Shown: positions 9,567 through 20,074 of the stretch, piece by piece
How the letters are laid out: each line of letters begins with the position of its first letter
How positions within the stretch are numbered: position 1 is the first letter of the stretch
Assembly (NCBI GenBank): GCA_008080735.1
Contig: SHMW01000017.1
Coordinates: 14,196 to 58,540, forward strand
Length of the DNA: 44,345 bases
Direction: 5' to 3'
From: Promethearchaeota archaeon
GTDB taxonomy: Archaea > Asgardarchaeota > Lokiarchaeia > Sigyniarchaeales > SOKP01
Notes under the pieces: generated by a model
The model's input: only the letters and a program-made list of their open reading frames with translations
Database searches by the model: none
What the model was told of the DNA's origin: nothing
Translations under genes and position numbers: made by a program

Positions 9567-10505
9567 ATGACTCAAATTAATATAAAATCCAAATTCTTAG
9601 GTGGAATGATCGGAGGTGCTTTGGGTGATTGTATTGGGGAGTTAACCTTTCGGTATGGGAATGAAAAAACTCTTCTCACCCAAGTAGCTAAAAAGGACAT
9701 CATTCGATATACGGATGACACCGCAATGGCCATCGGAATCGCGGAAACAATCATTACAACTGAGGGGAACTGGACAACTCAAGACCTTGGAAGAATATTT
9801 CATGCCAATTTTAATGAGGAACCCTATCGCGGGTATGGGAGCGGACCACCTCAAATCTTTCGCACAGTAGAACGATCTGATAAAAATTATCAAGAAATTG
9901 CCAGTCAATTATTTGGTGGAGAGGGATCATTCGGAAACGGGGCTTCTATGAGAATCTCCCCTTTGGGATTGTTCTATTATGATAACTCGGATATATATGA
10001 AATCGCTAAAAAGTCCGCGGTCGCAACCCATACCAATCCGTGGGGTATTGATGGTGCAGCAACTCTAGCTAAATTAATTAGTCTCCTTGTTCCAAAACAA
10101 CCAGGAGAACTCACCGATCAACAAAAAAATGGAATATTGGATGAATTGATTGAGTTCTCCCACACAGATAAATATAAAAACATCTTAAAAAGAGGCAAAG
10201 AATTAATTCAGCAAAATAAATCTTTAAAAAATGTAGAAAGAATAATAGGGTCTGGAGTGTTAGCATATACCTCTGTTCCATTCAGCATTTTTGCATTCTT
10301 ATATAATCCAGAATCGTATAAAAAAAACCTAATTGATACGGTTTTACTTTCGAGAGACAGAGATACTGTGGGAGCAATGGTGGGGGGTTTACTCGGTGCC
10401 TATTTGGGAATTGAAGCTATCCCAGATGAATGGATTCAAAAAATTGAAAATAAGTCTTACATTGAAAATTTAACCCTTAAGCTTCTTGAACTGAAAAAAG
10501 AGTAG
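9567..10505 (+). CDS. ADP-ribosylglycohydrolase (DraG/ARH family)
   Basis: GALGDCIG, YTDDTAMA, SFGNGASMRISP, ATH and DRDTVGAMVGGLLGAYLG. Confidence 0.93.
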   Translation: MTQINIKSKFLGGMIGGALGDCIGELTFRYGNEKTLLTQVAKKDIIRYTDDTAMAIGIAETIITTEGNWTTQDLGRIFHANFNEEPYRGYGSGPPQIFRTVERSDKNYQEIASQLFGGEGSFGNGASMRISPLGLFYYDNSDIYEIAKKSAVATHTNPWGIDGAATLAKLISLLVPKQPGELTDQQKNGILDELIEFSHTDKYKNILKRGKELIQQNKSLKNVERIIGSGVLAYTSVPFSIFAFLYNPESYKKNLIDTVLLSRDRDTVGAMVGGLLGAYLGIEAIPDEWIQKIENKSYIENLTLKLLELKKE

Positions 10506-10546
10506 AAATTGTAAGTTTATTAGGATCCATAATCAAATTATATAGT

Positions 10547-12085
10547 ATGAAAGAGATTGTTTTCTATGGAGATGATGCGTTCTTCTATGATTTTCCGGAT
10601 AAAGTTGATATATACTACGCAAAACCAACGATCGAGCCCGAAAAGGATATTAATGCTGTGATTGATTCTGCACTACAAAATCCAATTAATTCTCCTAAGA
10701 TTGAGGATATAATCACTCCAGAATCAATGATATCTGTGTGTTTTGATGATATAAGCGTCCCATTACCTCCGATGAAAAGCGATGTAAGAGCAGTAGCTGC
10801 TCAACATGTTATTAGCATTCTTAGAGGAATTGGAGTGAAGGAGGAGAATATAAATTTCATTTGCGCAACCGGACTCCATAGGAAATGTAAACCTAAAGAA
10901 TTAAAACATATCTTGGGAAAAAAGATTTATCGAAAATATAAAGCCCAAATTATTAATCATGATGCTGAAGATAAGAGTAATCTTATAACACTCGCAACCT
11001 CTAGTAAAGGGTATAAAATAGAGATTAACAGAATGGCCGCTCAATCGGATCTTATTATTTATCTCAATATCAGCTTCACCCCGCTAAATGGGGGATGGAA
11101 GTCTATTATTGTTGGGTTAGGAAGTTATAACACCATTATCCCCCATCATTCCCCCGAAATGTTAAAAAAAGGTACCTTTATGGATCCTGAATCTTCGCAG
11201 TTACATAAAATCATCTGGGAGATGGGTGATCTCATAAAAGAAAAACTTAATCTGTTCACAATCGAGATGGTTATTAATAACAACTTCTATCGAGGAATTT
11301 ATGAAAAAATGTATAGACCTCTTAAATCTAAAATACAGAAACCCCCGCTATGGCGTAGAATGCTTTTTTCAATTTTTAGAGCTTTTCCGAAATCTGTGAA
11401 GGCATATGTACGGAAAAATTTGAAAGCGGGATATCAATTAATTGATGTGTTTGCGGGAGATATAGAGGATGCGCATAAGAAATCGATGGAGCTTATGAAT
11501 CGGCAGCTCAACGTGGAAATTTCTCAACAATATGATATTCTAATTTATGGAGTACCGAATCTTACCCCTTATAACGTGGGCTCAGAGATGAATCCCCTTT
11601 TACTTCATACTCTTGTTTCTGGATATTTGTTTAATATGCATCAAGGAGATTCACCTTTGAAAGAAGATGGCACTCTTATTATTTTAAATCCCGCCTATGA
11701 GAAATTTGATACTACTCAGCATCCGTCTTATCGAGATTTCTATTATGATATATTGTCTAATAAACCCGATATATTTAATCTTAAACAAATAGAACATGAG
11801 TATTTGCATAATGAAGAATATATTTCTAAATATAAGAATGAGTACGCGTATCATCCGGTTCACGCTCCCATCGTATATTATTGGGGAATTCGGGGGCTTT
11901 TAAATATTGGGAATGTAATTGTCGCTGGAGCCAAAAATAAAAATGTATTGGATATTTTCGGCTTTGAATATGCGAAGGATTTGGACGATGCACTGGGAAA
12001 AGCCCAGAGTAAATATCAAAAAGAATGCTCAATCGCATATTTTTGTATTCCTCCGTTATTTGTGGCTAAATTAGAGACAAAGTAA
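10547..12085 (+). CDS. Lactate racemase (LarA-like) domain protein
   Basis: AL.NPI.S, FDDISVP, ATGLHRK, NHD and GGWKS motifs of the LarA superfamily. Substrate unknown. Confidence 0.75.
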   Translation: MKEIVFYGDDAFFYDFPDKVDIYYAKPTIEPEKDINAVIDSALQNPINSPKIEDIITPESMISVCFDDISVPLPPMKSDVRAVAAQHVISILRGIGVKEENINFICATGLHRKCKPKELKHILGKKIYRKYKAQIINHDAEDKSNLITLATSSKGYKIEINRMAAQSDLIIYLNISFTPLNGGWKSIIVGLGSYNTIIPHHSPEMLKKGTFMDPESSQLHKIIWEMGDLIKEKLNLFTIEMVINNNFYRGIYEKMYRPLKSKIQKPPLWRRMLFSIFRAFPKSVKAYVRKNLKAGYQLIDVFAGDIEDAHKKSMELMNRQLNVEISQQYDILIYGVPNLTPYNVGSEMNPLLLHTLVSGYLFNMHQGDSPLKEDGTLIILNPAYEKFDTTQHPSYRDFYYDILSNKPDIFNLKQIEHEYLHNEEYISKYKNEYAYHPVHAPIVYYWGIRGLLNIGNVIVAGAKNKNVLDIFGFEYAKDLDDALGKAQSKYQKECSIAYFCIPPLFVAKLETK

Positions 12086-12221
12086 AAGTTTTCGATGGGT
12101 AGAGTTCCAGACTGAGAATGTTATTTGCTACTCCTTACATTTTCCACATTTCCATAGGATGGTTAGTGAAAAATTATATGTAGTACCCTCTTTTTTCATA
12201 TGCAATTTATAACCTATATAC

Positions 12222-15140
12222 GTGCTTTATCAGATGACTAAGGAAAAGTTATTAGATAAAATTGGACATTATTCGGGAAATCATCGCCTTGACGTGTCCG
12301 AATGTGAAGAACCTCGCTATGATGATGAAGAAAGTAAAAAAAAATGGATCGAGGGAGAGCGAAAAGTTCGCATCAAAAGAAAGTTAAAACGATGGCGAAA
12401 TAAAATACTAGAAACAACGCGCCCTAAAAATCTTAATATCCATATCGTCGGTCAGTCTCATATTGATTGTGCGTGGATGTGGCGTTATGAGCAAACGAGG
12501 AAAAAAGCTCAAGTGACCTTTAACAAGGCAATTTTCCATTCTAATATCTTTCCCGATTCATTTTTATTTGCGCTCAGTCAGCCGATCCTTCTCGAATGGA
12601 TCAAAAAGGATAACCCTGACCTGTTTTACCACATCCAAGAAAAGGTACTCAGCGAGAACATAGAACTTGTGGGTGGATCTTATGTGGAACCAGACTGTAT
12701 GATGCCTTCAGGCGAAGCAATGATACGGCAACGACTCTACGGAATGAGGTTTTATAATACTCATTTCCGAAAGCTCCCAAAAGTCGAATGGTTTCTTGAT
12801 TCTTTCGGTTATAATGCGGGGTTGCCGCAAATACTCGCGAAATCCGGGGCACAATATTTATGGACCAGTAAATTAACGTGGAATCGAGATACAACCTTTC
12901 CATTCGTGAATTTTTGGTGGGAAGGTCCAGATGGGACGCGATTACTTGCTTCGAACTTTCATTACGACCCCCAAGTGTTGGAAACTTGGGAAGAATATGA
13001 AATTGGGAGACATTTACTCAAGTCGGACGGGAAAAAGATGTGGAATTATAGTGATGATTATACATTACTGAAAAACCATGTCCAAATGGAAGATATTTGC
13101 CCGCATGTGGGATTCTTTTTTGGTCAGAGTGATGGAGGACACGGCCCTACCCATCAAGAGGTTGCTGAAGCCAACAAGCTCTCTGAGATGGAATGGTTTG
13201 AATGGAGCAGCGTGGAAACCTTTTTCAAAGGAGTTGAAGCGTACGCGAAAGATTTTCCGATCTGGAACGATGAGCTCTATCTGGAGTTTCATCGGGGATG
13301 TTTCTCTAACCACGGCCAAGTCAAACGTTATAATCGTAAATTTGAGAATTTCCTCCCCGCGCTTGAAAAATTAGCAGTTTTTTCACTGCTTACGAATCCC
13401 CATTATTCATATCCTCGGAAAATATTGGAAAGGTTATGGAAAACCACTTTAAAAAATCAATTCCATGATGTATTACCCGGCAGCTCGATCCCGGAAGTCT
13501 ATGATGATTGTTGGGAAGATTGGCTTAAACAACAATTACTTATTAACGAACTCCTCTCTGAAGTAGTAACAGCCTATTCCCACAACCAAACCCAAAGCAG
13601 TGAGAAACATCAAGACTCACGACATCTCATCCTTTTTAATCCTTTAAGTTGGAAGCGAACAAGTCGTGTTTTTATTCCAATTACTCTTTTTAGAGATGAT
13701 AAGATAGAACTAGATGAACATCAGAAGCCTTCCTATGCCCATCTTACCCTCTTGGATGAAAATAACAAATCATATCTCTGTCAACCAATTGCAGCGGAAT
13801 CAGAGGATTTAATTGATCCACGACCCGCAGGCTGGTGGACGGTTCTTGAAATCGATTCTTTAGCCCGATTACCCGCCAAGATTGAGCTTATTGATGATGT
13901 TAATTTAAGTGCAAAGGATGAAAATAATGAGGGACGATTTGAAGTTTCGTCTAGCTCCTTATCAAACGAATGTATTCGCATAGCGCTTGATCCAGAGACT
14001 GGTGCCTTAACCGAAGTAATCTCGAAAGATATAAATAACAACCAAAATCTCTTAAAGGGAGAGGAGTCAAATCTCACTTTCGGGTTTCTGGATAATGAAC
14101 CGATTCAATATCACGCATGGAATCTCACTCCCGAATATTGGGAACATCCCATAGATCTCTCTAACAAAAAAGGAGTTGAGATAGAAGTGGTTGGAGATGG
14201 CCCCGTCTTTAAAACCATCCAAATAAATAGGATGCTGGGAGAGAATCCAGTAATACAAAAAATAACTTTGTTTAAATCCGATCCGCTCATCTATTTTGAT
14301 TACATAACCGATTGGCAGAGAGAAAACACTATGCTAAAAGTAAAGTTTACCCCCAATTTCAGAGCTGAAGAAGTAATGGCTGATGGTATGTATTGCACGA
14401 TTTCATCAAAGGTATTTCCCGATACCCCATGCGATAAAGCCCGATTTGAAAAAATTTGTCATAAATATATTGATATGTGCACACCTGATAAGCAATGGGG
14501 TCTTGCTCTTTTAAATGAAGGAAAATACGCGTTCGATGTAAGGAACGGCGAACTTAACCTCACGATGCTGCGGGCGTGTCGCTATCCCGAATCTGCTCCT
14601 GAAGCCTGGATAAATAAGGAGCGTGAGCTCAATGAGAAATATTTCTCACAACAAGTTCCTGAATATAGTGGTTTGGGTCCTTTTAGCTGTCGCTATGCGT
14701 TATATCCTCATAAAGGTGGGACATTGCAGTATGCTGATAGGGCACCTAACGTGGACATCTATAGGAAAGCAGAGGAGTTTAATAATCCGGTTATGGTTAT
14801 CCCCATCAAAGAGAGCCTAAGTTTGGATACATCGCTCTTTGATGCCGCAGAAAAGTCGATCCGAATCATCCCCGAGAATGTGGTTTTGACTGTGATGAAG
14901 GTGAATGAATGGGATCTCGACAATTCTTTGATATTGAGATTTCATGAAACGTGTGGAGCCTCCACTCAAACGGAAATCCTATTCGGCAAATTACTTGGAG
15001 AAGCTATATCATCTATTGACTCTATAGATTTATTAGAAAGATCTGAAAAGAGAGAATTTATTTGGGATGATGTGCAGAAGACGTTAAGATTTACTATTGG
15101 GGCGTTTGAAATCGTTTCTTTCAAAATAAATTCAAATTAA
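12222..15140 (+). CDS. Glycoside hydrolase family 38 alpha-mannosidase
   Basis: SHIDCAWMW (Zn ligands), WFLDSFG (nucleophile), DGGHGP, ELYLEFHRG and QFHDVLPGSSI. The start may be the ATG at 12234. Confidence 0.92.
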   Translation: MLYQMTKEKLLDKIGHYSGNHRLDVSECEEPRYDDEESKKKWIEGERKVRIKRKLKRWRNKILETTRPKNLNIHIVGQSHIDCAWMWRYEQTRKKAQVTFNKAIFHSNIFPDSFLFALSQPILLEWIKKDNPDLFYHIQEKVLSENIELVGGSYVEPDCMMPSGEAMIRQRLYGMRFYNTHFRKLPKVEWFLDSFGYNAGLPQILAKSGAQYLWTSKLTWNRDTTFPFVNFWWEGPDGTRLLASNFHYDPQVLETWEEYEIGRHLLKSDGKKMWNYSDDYTLLKNHVQMEDICPHVGFFFGQSDGGHGPTHQEVAEANKLSEMEWFEWSSVETFFKGVEAYAKDFPIWNDELYLEFHRGCFSNHGQVKRYNRKFENFLPALEKLAVFSLLTNPHYSYPRKILERLWKTTLKNQFHDVLPGSSIPEVYDDCWEDWLKQQLLINELLSEVVTAYSHNQTQSSEKHQDSRHLILFNPLSWKRTSRVFIPITLFRDDKIELDEHQKPSYAHLTLLDENNKSYLCQPIAAESEDLIDPRPAGWWTVLEIDSLARLPAKIELIDDVNLSAKDENNEGRFEVSSSSLSNECIRIALDPETGALTEVISKDINNNQNLLKGEESNLTFGFLDNEPIQYHAWNLTPEYWEHPIDLSNKKGVEIEVVGDGPVFKTIQINRMLGENPVIQKITLFKSDPLIYFDYITDWQRENTMLKVKFTPNFRAEEVMADGMYCTISSKVFPDTPCDKARFEKICHKYIDMCTPDKQWGLALLNEGKYAFDVRNGELNLTMLRACRYPESAPEAWINKERELNEKYFSQQVPEYSGLGPFSCRYALYPHKGGTLQYADRAPNVDIYRKAEEFNNPVMVIPIKESLSLDTSLFDAAEKSIRIIPENVVLTVMKVNEWDLDNSLILRFHETCGASTQTEILFGKLLGEAISSIDSIDLLERSEKREFIWDDVQKTLRFTIGAFEIVSFKINSN

Positions 15141-15505
15141 TTCTGTCATTTTCTATGCTAAAGGACTAAGTAGTTCTAACGTTTTTTTAACTAAGTTCTA
15201 AAATGCGGAATGATTTATTGAGTTCATAATCCGAGTCAGTTGATTTTTTGGACCCCATTTCTATAAAAATCTCGTGGGAGATGGCTCAGAGGGTATCTCC
15301 CGACTTTTCTTCTGTGACTTCAATTTTTTGTCGTTCACGCAACTTTGATCAAGTTATTAACCCCATTATAAAAATTGGACGATTTTACGCAATCTTTAAA
15401 TATTTGAATTGGATATTATTAGTTAAAGGAGTTTATTGTAAAATATGTAAACTTCTCAGAATAAAAATTTTTTAAAATACAAAACTAGTGGAGGAATGAA
15501 AAGAA

Positions 15506-15721
15506 ATGGCTAAAAAAGTATTTGCCTGGTCCCCAATTCGTAAATTAATGAAAGATAATGGTGCTGAAATGGTTGCTCGAGATGCTGTTGACGCTCTAAT
15601 AGATTATCTTGAAAAATTGGCTAAACATATGACTCGAAAAGCACTTGAAATGACACGACATGCGGGCAGAAAGAAATTAACCATAGAAGATATGGATATG
15701 GCGATTGGGTTAACTGAATAA
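15506..15721 (+). CDS. Archaeal histone (HMf-like histone fold)
   Basis: 71 aa: SPIRKLMKDNGAEMVARDAV...A.EMTRHAGRKKLTIEDMDMA. GGAGG at 15490-15494 and a T-rich tract downstream. Confidence 0.93.
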   Translation: MAKKVFAWSPIRKLMKDNGAEMVARDAVDALIDYLEKLAKHMTRKALEMTRHAGRKKLTIEDMDMAIGLTE

Positions 15722-15736
15722 ATTATTCCATCAATC

Positions 15737-15770
15737 TCTTTTATTTTTTTTATTTTAATTATTATTTTCT
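15737..15770 (+). terminator. Oligo-T archaeal-type terminator after the histone gene
   Basis: ctcttttatttttttTattttaattattattttct lies just downstream of the stop codon. Confidence 0.45.
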
Positions 15771-15967
15771 CTTCAAAATTAAGGATTAAAGATAGCATCT
15801 TTTTTATTTTATAATGCGAAAGCAAATTATTCTAATAATTGACGATGACAACTATAATATGAATTATGATAATATCATAGAATTGGAAGTACCTTTTTAT
15901 TTTTGCTTGACTATTTTAGTATTAATTCAATTTAAAGGTAATTTAAAAGAAAATAAACACATTAAAA

Positions 15968-16915
15968 ATGGTTAATATTGAAGATTTAGATGAGGTCTTG
16001 ATAGTAGGGGCTGGTACAATGGGACATTCAATCGCTCAAGTATTTGCTCAAGCGGGACTCCACGTCGAACTTGTTGACATTAGCCAGGAAAAATTAAAGC
16101 ATGCTCTGGAGCTTATTCAATCCAATTTGGAGATATTAGCAGAATTCAAAAGAGTAGATGCGAACCAAATTTCTAATATATTGTCCCGAATTCATGTTTC
16201 GACCGATTTAGCCCAAGCAGCTAAAAATAAACTCTATGTGTTAGAAGCAGTTAGTGAGGTACCTGAATTAAAAGAGCAAATATTCAAGAAGTTCGCGCAA
16301 TATTGTTCTGATGAGGCCATTTTAGCAAGCAACACATCGAGTTTAGATATTTTTAAACTCGTAAAAAGAATCGTAAACTTAGAACGTGTTATCGGCCATC
16401 ATTGGTTTGCGCCTCCTCATATCATTCCCTCGGTAGAAGTAATCCCTGGCAGGAAAACATCTCAAGAAACCACTGAATTGGTAATCTCTCTGTCTGAGAA
16501 GGTCGGTAAGATCCCGATTGTCACCAAAAAATTCACCCCTTCCTATATTGTGAATAAGATTCAAGAGTCTATCAGTGCCTCTATGTATGAATTAATGGCA
16601 AGGGGAGTCGCAACCGCCGAACAAATTGATCTAGCTATAAAGACGACCCTCGGAATACGCCTTCCTATTGTAGGGGTGGTACAATTACATGATTTCACCG
16701 GGCTTGATGTAGTACAGAGTATCCAGAGCGAGAAAGGGGGATCGCTTCCGATAGTCGATAATAAAGTTGAAAAAAATCACCTGGGGGTAAAAACAGGAAG
16801 AGGCTTTTATGAGTATGGAGAACTAACCGAAAAAGAGATTTTAAATAAGAGGGATCGATTATTATTACAGCAACTTGAATTTCTAGAAAATCTCACTAAT
16901 TTTCGTCCTATTTAA
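15968..16915 (+). CDS. 3-hydroxyacyl-CoA dehydrogenase
   Basis: GAGTMGHSIA Rossmann motif, EAVSE, ASNTSS, HWFAPP and LGVKTGRGFYEY. Confidence 0.93.
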   Translation: MVNIEDLDEVLIVGAGTMGHSIAQVFAQAGLHVELVDISQEKLKHALELIQSNLEILAEFKRVDANQISNILSRIHVSTDLAQAAKNKLYVLEAVSEVPELKEQIFKKFAQYCSDEAILASNTSSLDIFKLVKRIVNLERVIGHHWFAPPHIIPSVEVIPGRKTSQETTELVISLSEKVGKIPIVTKKFTPSYIVNKIQESISASMYELMARGVATAEQIDLAIKTTLGIRLPIVGVVQLHDFTGLDVVQSIQSEKGGSLPIVDNKVEKNHLGVKTGRGFYEYGELTEKEILNKRDRLLLQQLEFLENLTNFRPI

Positions 16916-17000
16916 ACTCGCTTCTTCTATATTTAAATTATTTTCCCAACTATAGTAAAATTAAAGGAAAGAGATTTCAAGAGAAACAGTTCCTATTAAT

Positions 17001-18107
17001 CTATTCACCATGATCATTTTTTTGTGCTTTATTTTTTATATTGATGATTTCCTCGTATAATTCACCTCCAGTTTCAGGGGGAACATACAGTGATCTCTTC
17101 ACTTTTAGTTGGATGGCGCCATTTGGGCAATAATCAATACAATTTCCACATCCAATGCATCTTCGCTTGCTTATAGTAAAGATTTCGCTCTTAGGAGTAA
17201 TCGCATCCATTTGACAGCGATCCAGACACACTCCACACCCATCACATTGGTCGGAATTGATTCTCGCATAATAATTTGATTTGATAAATTTTGCTGGCAT
17301 GGGAAGCGAATTTAAGATCTTTATCGCTTCACAACAGCAAACGCAACAACTACAAATAAAATCTGGTTTTTGTGCATTATTAATTTGATGGATTAAACCG
17401 TCTTCAGCATTCTTTTTTAGGATTTCTAGAGCTTCTTTTTTATCAATTTCCCTTCCCCACCCTTGTTGAATGTATCTCTCTGCAGCATAGCCAAAGCTGA
17501 TACACACTTCTCTTCTCTCAGTCATTTCGCATGGTTGGGTTATTAAATCTTTCCCTTGGCGACATACGCAGTTCGTTACCATGAATGGTCCTTCAATACT
17601 GTGAAGTATTTTTTCAATATCATCAAATGGCGCCATTTTAGTAGAGAAATTTAGATCTTGTCTGACGGGTATTAATCGAGTTTGAGGTGTCGGAATTTTA
17701 CCAATTTCTTGTATGTAAGAGTCATACAGATATTTAATAGAATCTTTTAAAAAATCAACTGTTAATTTATTTACTTGATAATCCCACATTCCGATCATAA
17801 AATTAGCGAGACCATAAGTTTTATCTTTTCCTTTTTTGAGGGCCATAATTACCCCCTTTTTAGCCATGTTATCTAAATTTTCTTCCAATTCTTCAAAAGA
17901 CTTTCCTTTATGTTTTAACCGGGAAAAAATCTCTTCCAGTGGTTCTAAATTATCCCAAGAGAACTTTAATCCTAATGCGATTTCTGCCTCTTCTTCGGTG
18001 AAAAGCTTTTTGAGCAATCTAATCTCGATTCCAGATTTGGTTGGTGGAAAGGCAATCGTTTTCTTATCAAGATGTTGCTGTAATTTTCTGTACACTTTCG
18101 CACTCAT
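17001..18107 (-). CDS. 4Fe-4S binding protein with N-terminal winged-helix-like region
   Basis: LFTEEEAEIA, CVCR, ICSCCVCCC and two ferredoxin motifs (CDGCGVCLDRC; CIGCGNCIDYCP). Confidence 0.85.
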   Translation of the reverse strand: MSAKVYRKLQQHLDKKTIAFPPTKSGIEIRLLKKLFTEEEAEIALGLKFSWDNLEPLEEIFSRLKHKGKSFEELEENLDNMAKKGVIMALKKGKDKTYGLANFMIGMWDYQVNKLTVDFLKDSIKYLYDSYIQEIGKIPTPQTRLIPVRQDLNFSTKMAPFDDIEKILHSIEGPFMVTNCVCRQGKDLITQPCEMTERREVCISFGYAAERYIQQGWGREIDKKEALEILKKNAEDGLIHQINNAQKPDFICSCCVCCCEAIKILNSLPMPAKFIKSNYYARINSDQCDGCGVCLDRCQMDAITPKSEIFTISKRRCIGCGNCIDYCPNGAIQLKVKRSLYVPPETGGELYEEIINIKNKAQKNDHGE

Positions 18108-18391
18108 AAATAAATCAATCCAATGGAATTATTAATAGTTATCGGTATTTCTTGAAATGTCAATCAATAGAAATTGTCGAAAATATGATACTGCAAAAAT
18201 AGTGTAGAAATTAAAAGCAAGCCATATTTGTTAACGATGCGTAGACCAGATTAGTTGAACTTATTTTCTGTATACATTTATATTGACTTAAGTAAGAAAA
18301 GTTATTTATATTCGATTTAGACCGGAAAACTAATTAAATTAATGCTACTTAAATAAATTCAGAAATAGACTCATTACTCGAGCAGTTATTT

Positions 18392-18796
18392 ATGAAATTC
18401 CTTGCAAAAACAAAAGACGACATCAGCAGAGCCGCGATAGATTGCTTTAGTTTTACTCACATAATATTAGGTTTTTTTGGGTATTTTGTCCTCGATAGCA
18501 TTTCCTACACCATTTTGGGAACCAGCAATACCCCTATTAGTTTGATTTTACTAATTAGTTTCAGTATAATTTGGGAGCTTTTTGAAAATTTTGTACTATT
18601 ACAATTTGGTATTAAATTTGCGAGCAGGAAGGATAGTGTGTTAAACTCTGTGATGGATGTTATTTTCTTTTTTGGTGGTGGGATGGTCGTGATGCTAAGT
18701 TTTTATTTAGATTTATCTCAATTTCTCCTTTTCATTTTGATTTTCTTTCCCAGTACGATACTGACTTCCTTCTTCTATTTTTATTATTTGAAGTGA
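18392..18796 (+). CDS. Small membrane protein, DUF2585-like
   Basis: About 4 TM segments, with D.FSFTH, WELFEN and DSVLNSVMD motifs resembling DUF2585/UPF0314. Confidence 0.6.
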   Translation: MKFLAKTKDDISRAAIDCFSFTHIILGFFGYFVLDSISYTILGTSNTPISLILLISFSIIWELFENFVLLQFGIKFASRKDSVLNSVMDVIFFFGGGMVVMLSFYLDLSQFLLFILIFFPSTILTSFFYFYYLK

Positions 18797-18832
18797 ACAG
18801 GAAAAATAAAAAAAGGGGCTTAAAAATATAGG

Positions 18833-19648
18833 TTATTGATACGACATAGCCATTGCAAATAAGCATGGACCGAAAATGATAAGCCCTAAGTATATAGATC
18901 CGAATATTGGAAAAAAATCTGTTGAGGGAAGACTGAAATTTTGCACAATTGCATAGGTAATAGCGGCAGAGAGTAAACCAAAAAACACGAAATAACCAAT
19001 AACCCCAAAGATAATTAGGTTTTTTCTGCTCTTGGAAGCTTTTGGTTTAGACGGTTCCTCTAAATAGGTTTGATGTGAAGGTCCTTGATACTCTTTATTA
19101 TCAGACTGACTAATAATTTCAATATCTATTCCCTTTTTTTTAAGCTTTTTTAACTGGCTTTTCGGGATATTCGCCATTGGGCTGAGAGCGATATATTGTA
19201 AATTATTCAAATTTTCCAATTCTCGAATATCTGTAACTTCGTTATCTTCTAAATAAATTCTTTTTAAATTGGTAAGATTAAACACCTCCCTAACGGCATC
19301 TATCCAATTATTATTGAGATTAATCATCTCCAAATTATTCAGATTATTTAATCCCCTAGCTTGAGCTATTTTATTATGGCTAAGAATTAAAACCTTCAAA
19401 TTCCTCAGATCGTCTAAGTTTTTGATTTCCGCTATATTGTTATTCGCAAGATTTAACATCTCTAAATTCTTTAAGTGTCCCAGATTTTTAATTTCCGTAA
19501 TGTTATTACCCGATAAGTCTAGTTTTTTTAAATTAGATAAATTTTCAAGACCGTTAATTTCAGAGATATCGGAAATATTCTGGTTTCTTAAAGAAAGCTT
19601 ATTATCTATTACCTCAAATACCTGATCTCGTACAGTGACTTGTACCAT
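18833..19648 (-). CDS. Leucine-rich repeat protein (SDS22-like) with two C-terminal TM helices
   Basis: About 6 copies of the 22-aa LxxLxxLxLxxNxIxxIxxL repeat, and a hydrophobic C-terminal pair. Confidence 0.9.
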   Translation of the reverse strand: MVQVTVRDQVFEVIDNKLSLRNQNISDISEINGLENLSNLKKLDLSGNNITEIKNLGHLKNLEMLNLANNNIAEIKNLDDLRNLKVLILSHNKIAQARGLNNLNNLEMINLNNNWIDAVREVFNLTNLKRIYLEDNEVTDIRELENLNNLQYIALSPMANIPKSQLKKLKKKGIDIEIISQSDNKEYQGPSHQTYLEEPSKPKASKSRKNLIIFGVIGYFVFFGLLSAAITYAIVQNFSLPSTDFFPIFGSIYLGLIIFGPCLFAMAMSYQ

Positions 19649-20074
19649 TCATATCAACTTTTTTAATATTCACCTTCAAGATATATTATACGAATAATCC
19701 TTAGTTCAGATCTTTTTCCCATATTGCGATCCGGTAATATAGTCGGGAATATCACAATTTCATTGAGATGTTCTTATGACTTCTCTAAACAGCTCTCATT
19801 AGGCTTTAGGATATACGATCAAGAGATTTCAAGAATGGATAAAAAGATCCAAATAATAATTCGACAGTTTTATTTTTAAATATTTCGTCGCAAACACTAT
19901 ATCAGCTCTGCTTGCTATTACAGACATTAAGAGAAAGCTTTTCACACTAAGATTATCATTTTGATGAGATTTCATCATCTTGGTTTTATTAACTTAATAA
20001 AATTTTTAAAAACGATGGATGCTAATTTTACCCATAGGTTGTTTACAAAAAAAATAACGGGATATTAACCTACA

